The translations under genes and the position numbers were made by a program. A model generated the notes under the pieces. It saw nothing but the letters and a program-made list of their open reading frames with translations, made no database searches and was not told the origin of the DNA. From positions 32,001 to 96,000 of the forward strand of contig JAVRCJ020000002.1 of assembly GCA_034530875.2 (NCBI GenBank): DNA of 64,000 nt, read 5' to 3'. This document shows, piece by piece, positions 19,952 through 30,809 of the stretch; positions within the stretch are counted from its first letter, which is position 1; each line of letters begins with the position of its first letter. Origin of the DNA: Nostoc sp. DedSLP01. Its GTDB lineage: Bacteria; Cyanobacteriota; Cyanobacteriia; Cyanobacteriales; Nostocaceae.

Positions 19952-21070
19952 CTAATGGGCTTTAGCAGCAGCGGGTTTTGCACCGCCTGGTGGTGTAGAA
20001 GCACCGATGAGACGTTGGATTTCATCTGGCTTGGAAGTTTTAGACATTGCTGCTTCAAAGGAGATTGTTCCTGCTTTGTAATAGTCGGCTAAAACCTTCT
20101 CGAGAGTTTGCATTCCTAATTTGCCCCCAGTTTGAATAGCTGAGTAAATTTGCGAGGTTTTGCCTTCTCTAATTAAGTTGGAAATAGCGGGAGTAACAAT
20201 CAAAATTTCTTGAGCCATCACTCGACCATATTCACCAGGTTTAGGATTTTTCTTAGGTACTAATGTTTGGCTAAATACTGCTACTAAAGAGTTTGATAAT
20301 TGCACGCGGACTTGTGTTTGTCTTTCATGAGGGAAAACGTCGATAATCCGGTCAACAGTTTGTGCAGCAGAACTAGTGTGTAGCGTACCAAATACCAAGT
20401 GTCCTGTTTCTGCTGCGGAAATTGCCAAAGAAATCGTTTCTAAATCCCGCATTTCACCCACCAGAATAATATCTGGATCTTCCCGCAAAGCTGCTTTCAA
20501 AGCATTAGCAAAACTCTTAGTATCTTCACCTAATTGTCGTTGGTGAACCAAACTTTTAATTGGTTCGTAAACAAATTCAATTGGGTCTTCTACCGTTAAA
20601 ATATGCTCTGCCTTCGTGCGGTTAATTAAGTCAATCATTGCCGCCAAGGTTGTTGTTTTTCCGGAACCTGTAGGGCCTGTCACCAAAATTAACCCTCTAG
20701 GTTTATCGGACATTTCCCGCACTACATCTGGCAACCCTAATTTTTCAAAGTTAGGAATCTTAGAACTTAATGCCCGTAAACAAGCGGCATAAGCACCACG
20801 CTCTTTATAGACGTTTACCCGGAAACGAGCCAACCCTTTAACACCATAAGAACAATCTAATTCCCAGGTCTGCTCTAAGGTTTTACGCTGGGTATTGTTG
20901 AGCATACTAAAAATCAGCCTTTGACACTGATCTGCTGTCAACACATGCTCGCCTATAGGAGTGAGTTTACCGCTGATCCGGAAATAGGGAGGCAAACCTG
21001 CGGATAAATGTAAATCCGAACCCCCCATTTCAATCATCTGCTCCATCAAGTCTTCAATCATCATTTCCAT
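19952..21070 (-). CDS. pilT: Type IV pilus retraction ATPase PilT
   Basis: GPTGSGKTTT, LREDPDIILVGEMRD, AISNLIRE. Confidence 0.97.
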   Translation of the reverse strand: MEMMIEDLMEQMIEMGGSDLHLSAGLPPYFRISGKLTPIGEHVLTADQCQRLIFSMLNNTQRKTLEQTWELDCSYGVKGLARFRVNVYKERGAYAACLRALSSKIPNFEKLGLPDVVREMSDKPRGLILVTGPTGSGKTTTLAAMIDLINRTKAEHILTVEDPIEFVYEPIKSLVHQRQLGEDTKSFANALKAALREDPDIILVGEMRDLETISLAISAAETGHLVFGTLHTSSAAQTVDRIIDVFPHERQTQVRVQLSNSLVAVFSQTLVPKKNPKPGEYGRVMAQEILIVTPAISNLIREGKTSQIYSAIQTGGKLGMQTLEKVLADYYKAGTISFEAAMSKTSKPDEIQRLIGASTPPGGAKPAAAKAH

Positions 21071-21164
21071 AGTTTTGCTTCCTTTTAATGTTTGTTATTT
21101 GTCCTTTGTCATTTGTTTTAAGTTAGTAAGCATCAACCAATTACTAATGACCAATGACTAATGA

Positions 21165-23177
21165 CTAATCTTGAAAACGAGGTGTCATACAGTAGGGACA
21201 ATCTAGCCATTCTGGTTGTAATTCGGCGCTACAAGTCCGGCAAGTAAGGCCAGTTTTGCGTTTGGCTTTTAATTCAGCTTCCAAACCGGTATCTGTAAAG
21301 GTCACCCGTTCTACTTCTTCTAGGGTGGTGGAACCTTGGCGTACTAAGTCCAGACTGTAAGCCAGCAAGGTTTTCATCCCTTCTTCTACGGCCACTTCCT
21401 TGATGCGTTCTGTGGGTGCTTCTTCGTTGATTAGGGTTTGGAGGTTTTCAGTGATTCGCATGACTTCATAAACACCACAACGGCCTTTGTAGCCGACGCC
21501 ATTACACGCTGGGCAAAGGTGATTTTTGGCTTTGGCTTCGGCGATCGCTTCTAATGTCAAAGTGTTAGCTTTGTAAAAGGTGACTTCTAGTTCTTGGGAA
21601 GCTGATAGACCGTAACGTGCCAGTTCCTCAGTTGTGGGAGTGTAGGGAATCTTACATTCAGAACACACTCGGCGCACCAGACGTTGAGCCAAAACACCAA
21701 TCAGCGAACTGGAAACCATGAACGGCTCAATACCCATTTCTCCCAAACGAGCGATCGCTCCTGGGGCATCATTGGTATGTAAGGTGGTTAATACTAAGTG
21801 ACCAGTCAAGGCAGCCTCAATCGCTGTTTTTGCTGTTTCCTTGTCCCGAGTTTCACCTACCAGCAACACATCCGGGTCTTGCCGCAAGAATGCCCGCAAT
21901 GCTGTACCAAAATCCAGCCCTTTTTCCCGAATTACCTGTACTTGAGTAATCCCTGGAAGACTGTATTCAATCGGGTCTTCTACAGTACTGATATTAATTC
22001 CGGGATCGTTCTTTTCCGCGAGTGCCGAATACAGCGAGGTTGTTTTACCAGAACCAGTCGGCCCTGTCACCAAAATTAGACCAAAGGGACGGCTGACCAT
22101 ATCCTGGACAATTTGTAAAGTCTCTGGATCGGTAATTAACTTATTCAATCCGAGTTGCGTGGAAGAATTATCTAAAATCCGCAGTACTATCTTTTCCCCG
22201 TAGCGACTAGGTAAGGTATTTACACGGAAGTCTACTTTGCGTCCTTCAAACATCCGCCGGATGCGTCCATCTTGGGGTAGGCGTCTCTCAGCAATGTCTA
22301 GATTGGAGATGATTTTAAAGCGAGCTGTTACTGCCGGAATGATTTTTTTTGGCAAAGGGTCAAAAGCTTCACGTAGTACCCCATCCTTGCGAAAGCGAAT
22401 GCGTAAGTTTTCTTCTTGAGGTTCGATGTGAATATCGGAAACCTTCTCGTGCAAAGCTTTAGCCAGGATTCTATTGACTAAGTTGATGACCGGCGCATCC
22501 TCAGCACCCTTCATCGCCGCCCCTAAATCGGCCTCCATGTCTTCAGGGGCATCTTCAATATCAAGATTTCCGAGATTTTCTAAATCCTGATTTATATCTG
22601 TAAATTTTTCTTGTTCTAGATGCTTTTGCCGTACAGCCAAGTCATCCAAATATTGGTTGATTAGCTGTTGGTAGTCCTCCTGTGTAATCACCATCCGCTG
22701 CAATGCCAGCCCTTGGGGGCGCAAGATGCGGTTGAGGTCATCGCAAGCTTCCAGATTATCTGGAGCAACCATTGCCACTAAAACTGAAGGTGGGGTTTGG
22801 TCTTCGTGTTTCGACAGTGGCACTAAACGATGGCGACGGCAGATATCCACTGGAATCAGGGTATCAATTAGGTTCCCCACCATTGTGTTGGCAAAGGAGT
22901 TGACTTCTGGATCGAGGAATTCAACACCGTAGAGTATTTTGAGTTCAAATAGCTGTTGTTTTTTGTATTGCCTGAGTAACTCAGGTGATAGCTGTTGTCC
23001 AGTAATTGACTCTAGTACTTCCGTTAGCGGTCTGCCAGATTTGCGGCTTTCAATTAGCGCCTGTCTCATCTGTTCGCTATTAACATAGCCAGATTGCACT
23101 AGCTTGTTGCCGAAGGGCGAAAACTCTGTTCTAGTAGTTAGAGCGGTACTGCGCCTTTGTGGTGACGAGTAAGTCAT
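21165..23177 (-). CDS. pilB: Type IV pilus extension ATPase PilB with C-terminal Cys4 domain
   Basis: GPTGSGKTTSLY, LRQDPDVLLVGETRD, C-terminal CRTC..CPYC. Confidence 0.96.
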   Translation of the reverse strand: MTYSSPQRRSTALTTRTEFSPFGNKLVQSGYVNSEQMRQALIESRKSGRPLTEVLESITGQQLSPELLRQYKKQQLFELKILYGVEFLDPEVNSFANTMVGNLIDTLIPVDICRRHRLVPLSKHEDQTPPSVLVAMVAPDNLEACDDLNRILRPQGLALQRMVITQEDYQQLINQYLDDLAVRQKHLEQEKFTDINQDLENLGNLDIEDAPEDMEADLGAAMKGAEDAPVINLVNRILAKALHEKVSDIHIEPQEENLRIRFRKDGVLREAFDPLPKKIIPAVTARFKIISNLDIAERRLPQDGRIRRMFEGRKVDFRVNTLPSRYGEKIVLRILDNSSTQLGLNKLITDPETLQIVQDMVSRPFGLILVTGPTGSGKTTSLYSALAEKNDPGINISTVEDPIEYSLPGITQVQVIREKGLDFGTALRAFLRQDPDVLLVGETRDKETAKTAIEAALTGHLVLTTLHTNDAPGAIARLGEMGIEPFMVSSSLIGVLAQRLVRRVCSECKIPYTPTTEELARYGLSASQELEVTFYKANTLTLEAIAEAKAKNHLCPACNGVGYKGRCGVYEVMRITENLQTLINEEAPTERIKEVAVEEGMKTLLAYSLDLVRQGSTTLEEVERVTFTDTGLEAELKAKRKTGLTCRTCSAELQPEWLDCPYCMTPRFQD

Positions 23178-23211
23178 AAATCAGCAATGAGTAGGGGAAA
23201 CCTCTGGTTAA

Positions 23212-23220
23212 AGTATTCCC
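23212..23220 (-). promoter_or_regulatory. SigJ-type extended -10 element (J-box GGGAATACT) upstream of pilB
   Basis: Minus strand GGGAATACT about 35 nt upstream of the pilB ATG; matches the SigJ consensus described in Nostoc punctiforme. Confidence 0.7.
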
Positions 23221-23686
23221 ACCATGTGACATAGAATTCTCATTGCTTAAAAAAGTCCTCAGTGTTGAGTGTGGGGAAATGGGGAGTCTGGGAAGTTGAG
23301 GGGACATAAATCCTAAGTCTTGCAAAGACTTGGGTTAATCGCGTCTCTCAACACTTAGCACTTTTGAAGGAATGACAATATTTGATAAATGGTTAAATTT
23401 TAAGTAGTAATTGATTAAAAAACCGATCCATGAATAAGATGAGGGGCGAATTAAATTCAGCGCCACTCTTGTAAAATACTTACTCCTAGAGTTACTGTAC
23501 TCGTTCGGGTTACCGCACTAGGAACGTCTCAACTAGCGTGTTCACCATTTGTCACAATAAGAGGACGGTGACATGACTCCAGAAACTTGACGGCAATAAC
23601 AGCCTCAGTTGCAAATCGTGAATAACTACGGTTGCAACCTATGCAGATCTATTGCCATAAAAAGCATCTGGAATCAGTAGACAATC

Positions 23687-24433
23687 ATGGATGAAAATAA
23701 ACAGATAAACAATACTAGCCAGCAATTGGGTGAACCAACAGAGGTAAAGCAAGTAATGATGAGCGACTCCCCAACCCAAATTAATTCCAATGAATCTGGT
23801 AGCGAAGTTACTGAGCAAGTCGCAGGCCAAACCAACGTCACAGCGGATACAGCTATTCTTAATCAAGAAGATGGCGTCGCCGCAACCGATAAACCTCAAG
23901 CGGACACGGCAGCTTTGGCACAACTGAATCAACAAATCGACTCGCTCAAAGCGCAACTAGAAGAACGTAGTACTCAATATATGCGGATTGCCGCTGATTT
24001 TGAGAATTACCGCAAACGCACTAGCAAAGAAAAGGAAGAGCTAGAAGCGCAAATGAGGCGGAATACGATTCTGGAATTGCTGCCAGTGGTCGATAATTTT
24101 GAGAGGGCGCGATCGCACCTCAAACCGCAATCCGAAGGCGAAATGACCATCCATAAAAGTTACCAAGGCGTTTACAAACAATTAGTAGATACCCTTAAGC
24201 GTTTAGGTGTATCGCCAATGCGTCCTGAAGGTCAAGAATTCGATCCCAACCTGCACGAAGCAGTAATGCGGGAACCTACGGATGAACATCCTGAAGGAAC
24301 AGTGTTAGAAGAGTTAGTGCGCGGATATTACTTGGGCGATCGCGTGCTGCGCCATGCAATGGTCAAAGTAGCTGCTCCCAAGGAAGATACACCTGCTGCA
24401 CTAGAAGATCAGTCGAGTCCAGCCAACAGTTAA
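23687..24433 (+). CDS. grpE: Nucleotide exchange factor GrpE
   Basis: [44 protein letters not shown]. Confidence 0.97.
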   Translation: MDENKQINNTSQQLGEPTEVKQVMMSDSPTQINSNESGSEVTEQVAGQTNVTADTAILNQEDGVAATDKPQADTAALAQLNQQIDSLKAQLEERSTQYMRIAADFENYRKRTSKEKEELEAQMRRNTILELLPVVDNFERARSHLKPQSEGEMTIHKSYQGVYKQLVDTLKRLGVSPMRPEGQEFDPNLHEAVMREPTDEHPEGTVLEELVRGYYLGDRVLRHAMVKVAAPKEDTPAALEDQSSPANS

Positions 24434-24732
24434 ACTGTAATCGCTCGTCTCGCTGACTAAAAGTGCCTGGTTCTAGCAGAGGCGAGCGTTATTGAGCAGA
24501 GGAGCATGAAGTCAGCCAAGCAGAAACCTCTGACGCTGACCGGGGGAGCAGGGGGGCAGGGGAGAAATTGTAGTCAGTTTTTCCCCTTTACTCCTCATCC
24601 CTTCTGCCCTCTGCGTATTTCCCATGCTCATCTATAACTGAGGTTATCTGCTAGCCTTCGTTTGGAGTAATAAAAGTTAATCCGCGAATTATAAAACTAC
24701 AGCATAAAGACTCAGTAAAAATACTGGAAAGT

Positions 24733-26691
24733 ATGGGAAAAGTTATTGGGATCGACTTAGGCACTACTAACAGTTGCGTCGCAGTTTTGGAGGGCGGTCA
24801 ACCACTTGTGATCTCCAATTCCGAAGGTGGGCGAACAACTCCAAGTATTGTGGGATTTGGGAAGGGTGGCGATCGCTTGGTCGGTCAACTGGCAAAGCGC
24901 CAAGCCGTAACCAATGCGGAAAACACAATTTACAGTATTAAAAGATTCATCGGTCGGCGTTGGGAAGATACTGAAGTAGAACGCGATCGCGTACCCTACA
25001 ACTGCGTCAAAGGTCGAGATGATACCGTTGATGTGCAAATTCGCTCAAAAAATTACACGCCACAAGAACTATCTGCCATGATCCTGCAAAAGCTCAAGCA
25101 GGATGCCGAAAATTTCTTGGGTGAAACCGTTACTCAGGCCGTGATCACCGTACCAGCATATTTTACAGATGCCCAAAGACAAGCAACTAAAGATGCTGGC
25201 ACCATTGCAGGACTAGAAGTCCTACGAATTATCAACGAACCAACTGCTGCGGCTTTAGCTTTCGGATTAGATAAACAAGACCAAGAGCAGTTAATTTTAG
25301 TCTTCGACTTGGGAGGAGGTACATTCGATGTATCGATTCTGCAACTTGGCGATGGCGTTTTTGAAGTTAAGGCAACCTGCGGTAACAACCACTTGGGTGG
25401 AGACGACTTTGATAATGCGATCGTGCGTTGGATGATCGAACGCTTCCAACAACAGGAAAAAATCGACCTTTCCCAAGATAAAATGGCACTCCAACGCCTG
25501 CGCGAAGCAGCGGAAAAGGCAAAAATTGAACTCTCTAGTATGGTGAATACTTCAATCAATTTGCCGTTTATCACCGCCGACGAAACAGGCCCCAAGCATC
25601 TGGAGATGGAACTCAGCCGTTCTAAATTTGAAGAGCTTTCAGCGCAATTGATTGAGGCTACCATCGAACCGATGATCCAAGCCCTCAAAGACGCAGATCT
25701 CAAGCCGCAAAATATAGATCGGATTATTTTGGTAGGTGGTTCTACCCGCATTCCCGCAGTCCAAAACGCGCTGATCAAGTTTTTCAACGGCAAAGCTCCC
25801 GATCGCTCCATCAATCCTGATGAAGCTGTAGCACTAGGAGCTGCTATTCAAGCAGGGGTATTGGGTGGTGAAGTCGATAATCTCTTACTATTGGATGTCA
25901 CCCCCTTATCTTTAGGGATTGAAACCTTGGGTGAAGTGTTCACTAAAATCATTGAACGCAACACCACAATTCCTACTAGTAAGTCACAAATATTTTCCAC
26001 CGCAGTTGACGGACAAACCTCGGTGGAAATTCACGTCCTTCAAGGCGAACGAGCAATGGCACGAGATAACAAGAGTCTCGGCAAGTTTCTCCTTGCAGGA
26101 ATTCCTCCATCACCCCGTGGGGTACCGCAAATTGAAGTATCTTTTGAAATTGATGTTAACGGCATCCTCAAGGTTTCTGCTCAAGACAAAGGTACAGGTA
26201 GAGAACAAAGTATCAGGATTACCAACACAGGTGGTTTGAGTACTAACGAAGTCGAACGGATGCGCCAAGAGGCCGAATTGTTTGCCGAAGAAGACAGAAG
26301 ACGCAAAGAACTGGTTGAACTCAAAAACCAAGCGGATAATCTGTTGTTCAGTTACGAATCCACCATCAAGGATAATGGCAACTTTATCGGTGAACAGATG
26401 AAAACCTTGGCTAGTGAAAAAGTTTCACAACTCCAAGCTGCAATGATTGACTCCAGCATCTCGACAGCAGAATTTAGGCAGCGCTTAGACGATTTTCAAC
26501 AAACTCTGTTTGCAATTGGTGCTGATGTCTATAACCGAGCCAACAGTCAAACTGAAGAAATTGAGGAAGCTTCAAGTAGCGCCTTTACTCCAGAAGTAGA
26601 CTCAGCTATGAATGGCACGCTTATACCTCAATTCAACTTTGATTTTGAAGAAGAAAGTACAGCACAAGCTGATTATGAGGCGATAGATTAG
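24733..26691 (+). CDS. dnaK: Molecular chaperone DnaK
   Basis: [38 protein letters not shown]. Confidence 0.98.
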   Translation: MGKVIGIDLGTTNSCVAVLEGGQPLVISNSEGGRTTPSIVGFGKGGDRLVGQLAKRQAVTNAENTIYSIKRFIGRRWEDTEVERDRVPYNCVKGRDDTVDVQIRSKNYTPQELSAMILQKLKQDAENFLGETVTQAVITVPAYFTDAQRQATKDAGTIAGLEVLRIINEPTAAALAFGLDKQDQEQLILVFDLGGGTFDVSILQLGDGVFEVKATCGNNHLGGDDFDNAIVRWMIERFQQQEKIDLSQDKMALQRLREAAEKAKIELSSMVNTSINLPFITADETGPKHLEMELSRSKFEELSAQLIEATIEPMIQALKDADLKPQNIDRIILVGGSTRIPAVQNALIKFFNGKAPDRSINPDEAVALGAAIQAGVLGGEVDNLLLLDVTPLSLGIETLGEVFTKIIERNTTIPTSKSQIFSTAVDGQTSVEIHVLQGERAMARDNKSLGKFLLAGIPPSPRGVPQIEVSFEIDVNGILKVSAQDKGTGREQSIRITNTGGLSTNEVERMRQEAELFAEEDRRRKELVELKNQADNLLFSYESTIKDNGNFIGEQMKTLASEKVSQLQAAMIDSSISTAEFRQRLDDFQQTLFAIGADVYNRANSQTEEIEEASSSAFTPEVDSAMNGTLIPQFNFDFEEESTAQADYEAID

Positions 26692-26800
26692 GGATTGGGC
26701 ACTGAGTACTGGCGATTGGGTACTGGGAATTGAGGATTGGGTAGAATTTAGTCCCAGTCTCTAATCCCCAGTCACTAGTCCCCAGTCCCCATTCCCCAAT
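26690..26800. repeat. STRR heptamer arrays in opposite orientations
   Basis: GGATTGG/GTACTGG units followed by CCCCAGT units. Confidence 0.75.
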
Positions 26801-26885
26801 TTGGAAATTTTTATTAAAACACTTTAATATATCTAAATATATAAAAGCTAAATTTAGCGAAGTTTTACAAGACCTCAGCAGTTTG

Positions 26886-27190
26886 CTAGATTGTAGAAGC
26901 AAATGACTGTGGGCTAAACGGTGTGCTAGTTGAGATGCGATCCAAAGCATAGGGTGGTTTTCCACACCTGATGGTGCGGTTAGCCCTTCTGGTTGATGGG
27001 CGGGGTTTTCCTCTCCTACGTAGCACAATTGTAAAAGAGACAGCTAACTCGGCAGTGAGAAGTCCGAACAGAGCGAAAAACCAGAACGGAGGTCTCCGAC
27101 AACCTAGATTTTTCAAGGGGTTTCCCCTGTTCGTCACTACTTCTGTAACTTTTGTCGTCTCCCACGAGGAAACCACCTGTTAGTCAAGAT
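26886..27190. ncRNA. Candidate structured non-coding RNA or cis-element between dnaK and dnaJ
   Basis: GC-richer than flanks; many nested complementary segments (see findings); overlapping ORFs look spurious. Confidence 0.45.
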
Positions 27191-27384
27191 TTGTCGGTGA
27201 TTTTTGTAAAAGGTAAAGGGTAAAATCAATTATTAACAAAAATTAATTTTATCTTCTGCCTATCCTCCGACAAGCCGCCCTCTAAAAGACACTTTGTAGG
27301 TAAAGCGCCTTTTTGTAGGGTAGCAAGTAACCGTAACGTTCTACTGCCTCCTGCTTTGTTCCTTCTAACTTTTACCTTTGCTAT

Positions 27385-28515
27385 ATGGCCCGCGACTATT
27401 ATGAAATCCTGGGTGTCTCTCGTGACGCCGACAAAGAAGAAATTAAACAAGCTTATCGCCGTTTAGCCCGGAAGTATCACCCAGACGTGAACAAAGAAGC
27501 CGGGGCGGAGGAGCGCTTTAAAGAAATTAACCGCGCTTATGAGGTACTCTCGGAGCCAGAAACCCGCGCTCGTTACGATCGCTTTGGCCCAGAGGGTGTA
27601 TCGGGAGCTGGTGTAGGCTTCCAAGATATGGGTGATATGGGTGGCTTTGCCGATATCTTTGAAAGTATTTTTAGTGGTTTTGCTGGGGGTATGGGCGGCC
27701 CGACGCAACAACAAAGACGGCGCAGCGGCCCCGTGCGAGGCGATGACTTGCGGCTAGACCTCAAGTTAGACTTTCGGGAAGCAGTATTTGGCGGTGAGAA
27801 AGAAATCCGCATTTCCCATCTAGAAAATTGTGAAGTTTGTAGCGGTTCTGGTGCCAAACCAGGAACGCGTCCGCGTACTTGTTCGACTTGTAGCGGTTCC
27901 GGTCAAGTCCGTCGCGTTACCAGAACGCCTTTTGGTAGTTTTACACAAGTCTCTACTTGTCCAACTTGTAATGGTACAGGGATGGTAATTGAAGATAAGT
28001 GTGATGCGTGTGACGGGAAGGGCGCAAATCAAGTTACAAAGAAACTCAAAATTACCATTCCTGCTGGGGTGGATAATGGTACGCGTTTGCGGATTTCTAA
28101 TGAAGGAGATGCCGGTCAGCGCAATGGCCCTCCTGGGGATTTGTACGTTTACTTGTTCGTCAATGAGGACGAGCAATTCCAACGCGATGGCATCAATATT
28201 CTCTCGGAAATTAAAATTAGCTACTTGCAAGCAATTTTAGGTTGTCGGTTAGAAGTCGATACAGTAGATGGCCCAGTGGAATTGATTATTCCAGCGGGAA
28301 CGCAGCCGAATACAGTGATGAAATTGGAAAATCGCGGTGTACCCAGATTAGGAAATCCTGTAAGTCGCGGCGATCATCTGCTAACAGTATTAATTGATAT
28401 TCCCAACAAGGTGACCCCAGAGGAGAGGGAACTGTTGGAGAAGCTGGCTAAAATTAAAGGAGACCGTACTGGCAAAGGCGGTCTAGAAGGATTTTTGGGA
28501 AACCTGTTTAAGTAA
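27385..28515 (+). CDS. dnaJ: Molecular chaperone DnaJ (type I)
   Basis: HPD J-domain, G/F region, four CxxCxGxG repeats. Confidence 0.98.
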   Translation: MARDYYEILGVSRDADKEEIKQAYRRLARKYHPDVNKEAGAEERFKEINRAYEVLSEPETRARYDRFGPEGVSGAGVGFQDMGDMGGFADIFESIFSGFAGGMGGPTQQQRRRSGPVRGDDLRLDLKLDFREAVFGGEKEIRISHLENCEVCSGSGAKPGTRPRTCSTCSGSGQVRRVTRTPFGSFTQVSTCPTCNGTGMVIEDKCDACDGKGANQVTKKLKITIPAGVDNGTRLRISNEGDAGQRNGPPGDLYVYLFVNEDEQFQRDGINILSEIKISYLQAILGCRLEVDTVDGPVELIIPAGTQPNTVMKLENRGVPRLGNPVSRGDHLLTVLIDIPNKVTPEERELLEKLAKIKGDRTGKGGLEGFLGNLFK

Positions 28516-28772
28516 TGAAGTCGTCTTCTATTTCAACTCCCGATGCTCAACTTGATTTGCGCGGCACCCCTTGCCCGATTAATTTTGTACGGACAAAACT
28601 ACGTTTAGAAAAAATGCCACAGGGAAGTTTGCTAGAAGTCTGGCTAGATCCAGGAGAGCCAATTGAGCAAGTTCCCGATAGTTTGACAATGGCAGGTTAT
28701 CAGGTGGAAAAAATTACAGACTGTAGTAATTATTTTTCCCTATTAGTACGTCGTCCAGCTAATAACCAATGA
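28515..28772 (+). CDS. TusA/SirA-family sulfurtransferase-like protein
   Basis: LDLRGTPCPINFVRTKL..LLEVWLD. Confidence 0.88.
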   Translation: MKSSSISTPDAQLDLRGTPCPINFVRTKLRLEKMPQGSLLEVWLDPGEPIEQVPDSLTMAGYQVEKITDCSNYFSLLVRRPANNQ

Positions 28773-29881
28773 TAGCGGAAGCTTCTAGCGCAACTGGACA
28801 GTTATTAGGTACTGTGCTTGCAGTACAGGCTAATTTTTATCGAGTACAGCTAGATCGAGAGGATGGGGAGCAGAGGAGCAGGGGAGCAGAGGAGAAATTA
28901 GATTTAAATACCCCTCTGCCTTCCCTCCTTCTTTGTACCCGCAGAACACGGCTAAAAAAAATCGGGCAACAGGTGATGGTGGGCGATCGCGTTGTTGTAG
29001 AAGAACCAGATTGGGCTGGAGGACGGGGAGCGATTGCTGAAGTTTTGCCGCGTGAAAGTGAATTAGATCGTCCAGCGATCGCCAATGTCAACCAGATTTT
29101 ATTAGTATTTGCCGTCGCCGATCCGCCTTTAGAACCTTATCAATTGAGTCGGTTTTTGATTAAGGCTGAGTCTACTGGCTTGGATGTGCTTTTGTGCTTG
29201 AATAAAAGCGATTTAATTTCACAACAAGAACAACAGGAAATTAGCGATCGCCTTCTGGGTTGGGGTTATCAACCGTTATTTATCAGCGTTAAAAATGGCA
29301 TAAATATTGACCAAGCAGCCAGTTATCTCAGCAATAAAATTACTGTAATTGCCGGGCCTTCCGGTGTGGGCAAATCTAGCCTGATTAATTGGCTAATTCC
29401 TGATGCTAACCTGCGAGTGGGGGAGGTTTCTGGCAAATTAGCTCGCGGTCGTCATACCACCCGCCATGTAGAATTGTTTGAATTGCCCAGTGGTGGGTTG
29501 CTGGCGGATACACCGGGTTTTAATCAGCCAGACATGGATTGTAACCCAGAAGAATTAGTACATTATTTCCCAGAAGCAACAGAGAGATTAGCAGTTGCTA
29601 GCTGCCGATTTAGTGATTGTTTGCATCGCGATGAGCCTGAGTGTGCAGTGCGCGGAGACTGGGAACGATACGAACATTATTTGGAATTTTTGGATGCAGC
29701 GATCGCTCGTCAAACACACCTTCAACAACAAGCCGATCCTGAATCCACTTTGAAGTTAAAAACTAAAGGCAAAGGTCAGAGGCAATACGAACCGAAACTA
29801 GAAACTAAAAAATATCGCCGTGTTTCCCGAAAGACTCAGTTACAAGGGTTGCAACAGTTGTATCAAGAAAGCGAAGAGTAG
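28769..29881 (+). CDS. rsgA: Ribosome small subunit-dependent GTPase RsgA
   Basis: LNKSDL, GPSGVGKSSL, GRHTTRH, DTPGF, CRFSDCLH..EPECAV. Confidence 0.96.
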   Translation: MIAEASSATGQLLGTVLAVQANFYRVQLDREDGEQRSRGAEEKLDLNTPLPSLLLCTRRTRLKKIGQQVMVGDRVVVEEPDWAGGRGAIAEVLPRESELDRPAIANVNQILLVFAVADPPLEPYQLSRFLIKAESTGLDVLLCLNKSDLISQQEQQEISDRLLGWGYQPLFISVKNGINIDQAASYLSNKITVIAGPSGVGKSSLINWLIPDANLRVGEVSGKLARGRHTTRHVELFELPSGGLLADTPGFNQPDMDCNPEELVHYFPEATERLAVASCRFSDCLHRDEPECAVRGDWERYEHYLEFLDAAIARQTHLQQQADPESTLKLKTKGKGQRQYEPKLETKKYRRVSRKTQLQGLQQLYQESEE

Positions 29882-29949
29882 AAGCAGCTGTCAAAATAAT
29901 TCGTAATTCGGTTGCGATAGCATAGATACAAATAAAAAGATTCTCTTGT

Positions 29950-30708
29950 ATGTCTCAGCCCCTTGCCACCCCTAGTGTAAAAGATGCCACTGAGAGTATT
30001 ATTTTCCCACCAGGCGATATCTACAGTGATGAACCTCCTTTGGAATCTGATTTACACCGCGAACAAATTGATTTACTTATCCGCTTGATTAAGTGGTGGT
30101 GGCGCGATGCCTACGGCGGGCTAAGCCTACGCGAAAATTTTTATGCTACTGGTAACCTGACTATTTATTTCAGTCCTAAGCAAAAAAAGTCAGAAGAATT
30201 TCGGGGGCCGGATTTTTTTGTAGTTTTAGATACAGAAAAAAAAGACCGCAAAAGCTGGGTTGTATGGCAAGAAAACGGCAAATATCCCAACGTAATTATA
30301 GAACTGTTATCTGATTCCACAGCCTCCGTTGATAAAGGCTTGAAAAAGCAAATATACCAAAATACATTTCGGACTCCAGATTATTTTTGGTTTGATCCAA
30401 ATAACCAAGAATTACAGGGATTTCACTTAGTTGATGGGCAATATCAAGAAATTGAATTTACTGCTAAAGGTTGGTTGTGGAGTCAACAATTAGGGCTGTA
30501 TTTAGGAGTTGAGTCTGGGAAATTGCGCTTTTTTACACCAGATGGAGAGTTGGTGACGTTACCAGAAGAAGAAGCTAAAGAGCAGTTACAGCAAGCTAAC
30601 GAGCAGTTACAGCAAGCTAACCAAGAATTAGAACAAGAACGTCAACGGGCTGCAATATTAGCAGAACGTTTGCGAGCAGCAGGCATTGACCCTGAACAAA
30701 TATTCTGA
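29950..30708 (+). CDS. Uma2 family (DUF820) endonuclease-like protein with a 21-nt in-frame insertion
   Basis: SDEPPLESDLH, FRGPDFFVV, RKSWVVW, YPNVIIELLS, PDYFWFDP. Confidence 0.92.
   Translation: MSQPLATPSVKDATESIIFPPGDIYSDEPPLESDLHREQIDLLIRLIKWWWRDAYGGLSLRENFYATGNLTIYFSPKQKKSEEFRGPDFFVVLDTEKKDRKSWVVWQENGKYPNVIIELLSDSTASVDKGLKKQIYQNTFRTPDYFWFDPNNQELQGFHLVDGQYQEIEFTAKGWLWSQQLGLYLGVESGKLRFFTPDGELVTLPEEEAKEQLQQANEQLQQANQELEQERQRAAILAERLRAAGIDPEQIF
30109..30129 (+). repeat. 21-nt small dispersed repeat (SDR5-type) inserted into a HIP1 site
   Basis: GCGAT[GCCTACGGCGGGCTAAGCCTA]CGC; removing it restores GCGATCGC. Confidence 0.85.
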
Positions 30709-30809
30709 AAAGAGAGAATTTTATTTCTCAACTAGGCATAGAAAAATAGTGCTACGAACCAAACAATATCTGCTCGAGTCCGTTGAACAACCTCAGACTT
30801 AAAGATATC

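Noticed and set aside
23354..23381. TTAGCACT upstream of grpE as a CIRCE element
   Set aside because: The right arm GAGTGCTAA at 9-nt spacing is absent; it looks like an STRR remnant.
25134..25814. Long antisense ORFs within dnaK, the hybrid kinase, DUF4335 and others
   Set aside because: Codon-bias shadows of well-supported genes on the opposite strand.
26886..27183. ORFs 26886-27176(-), 26971-27183(+) and 26633-27028(-)
   Set aside because: No recognisable protein features, partly translated STRR; the region is better explained by RNA structure.
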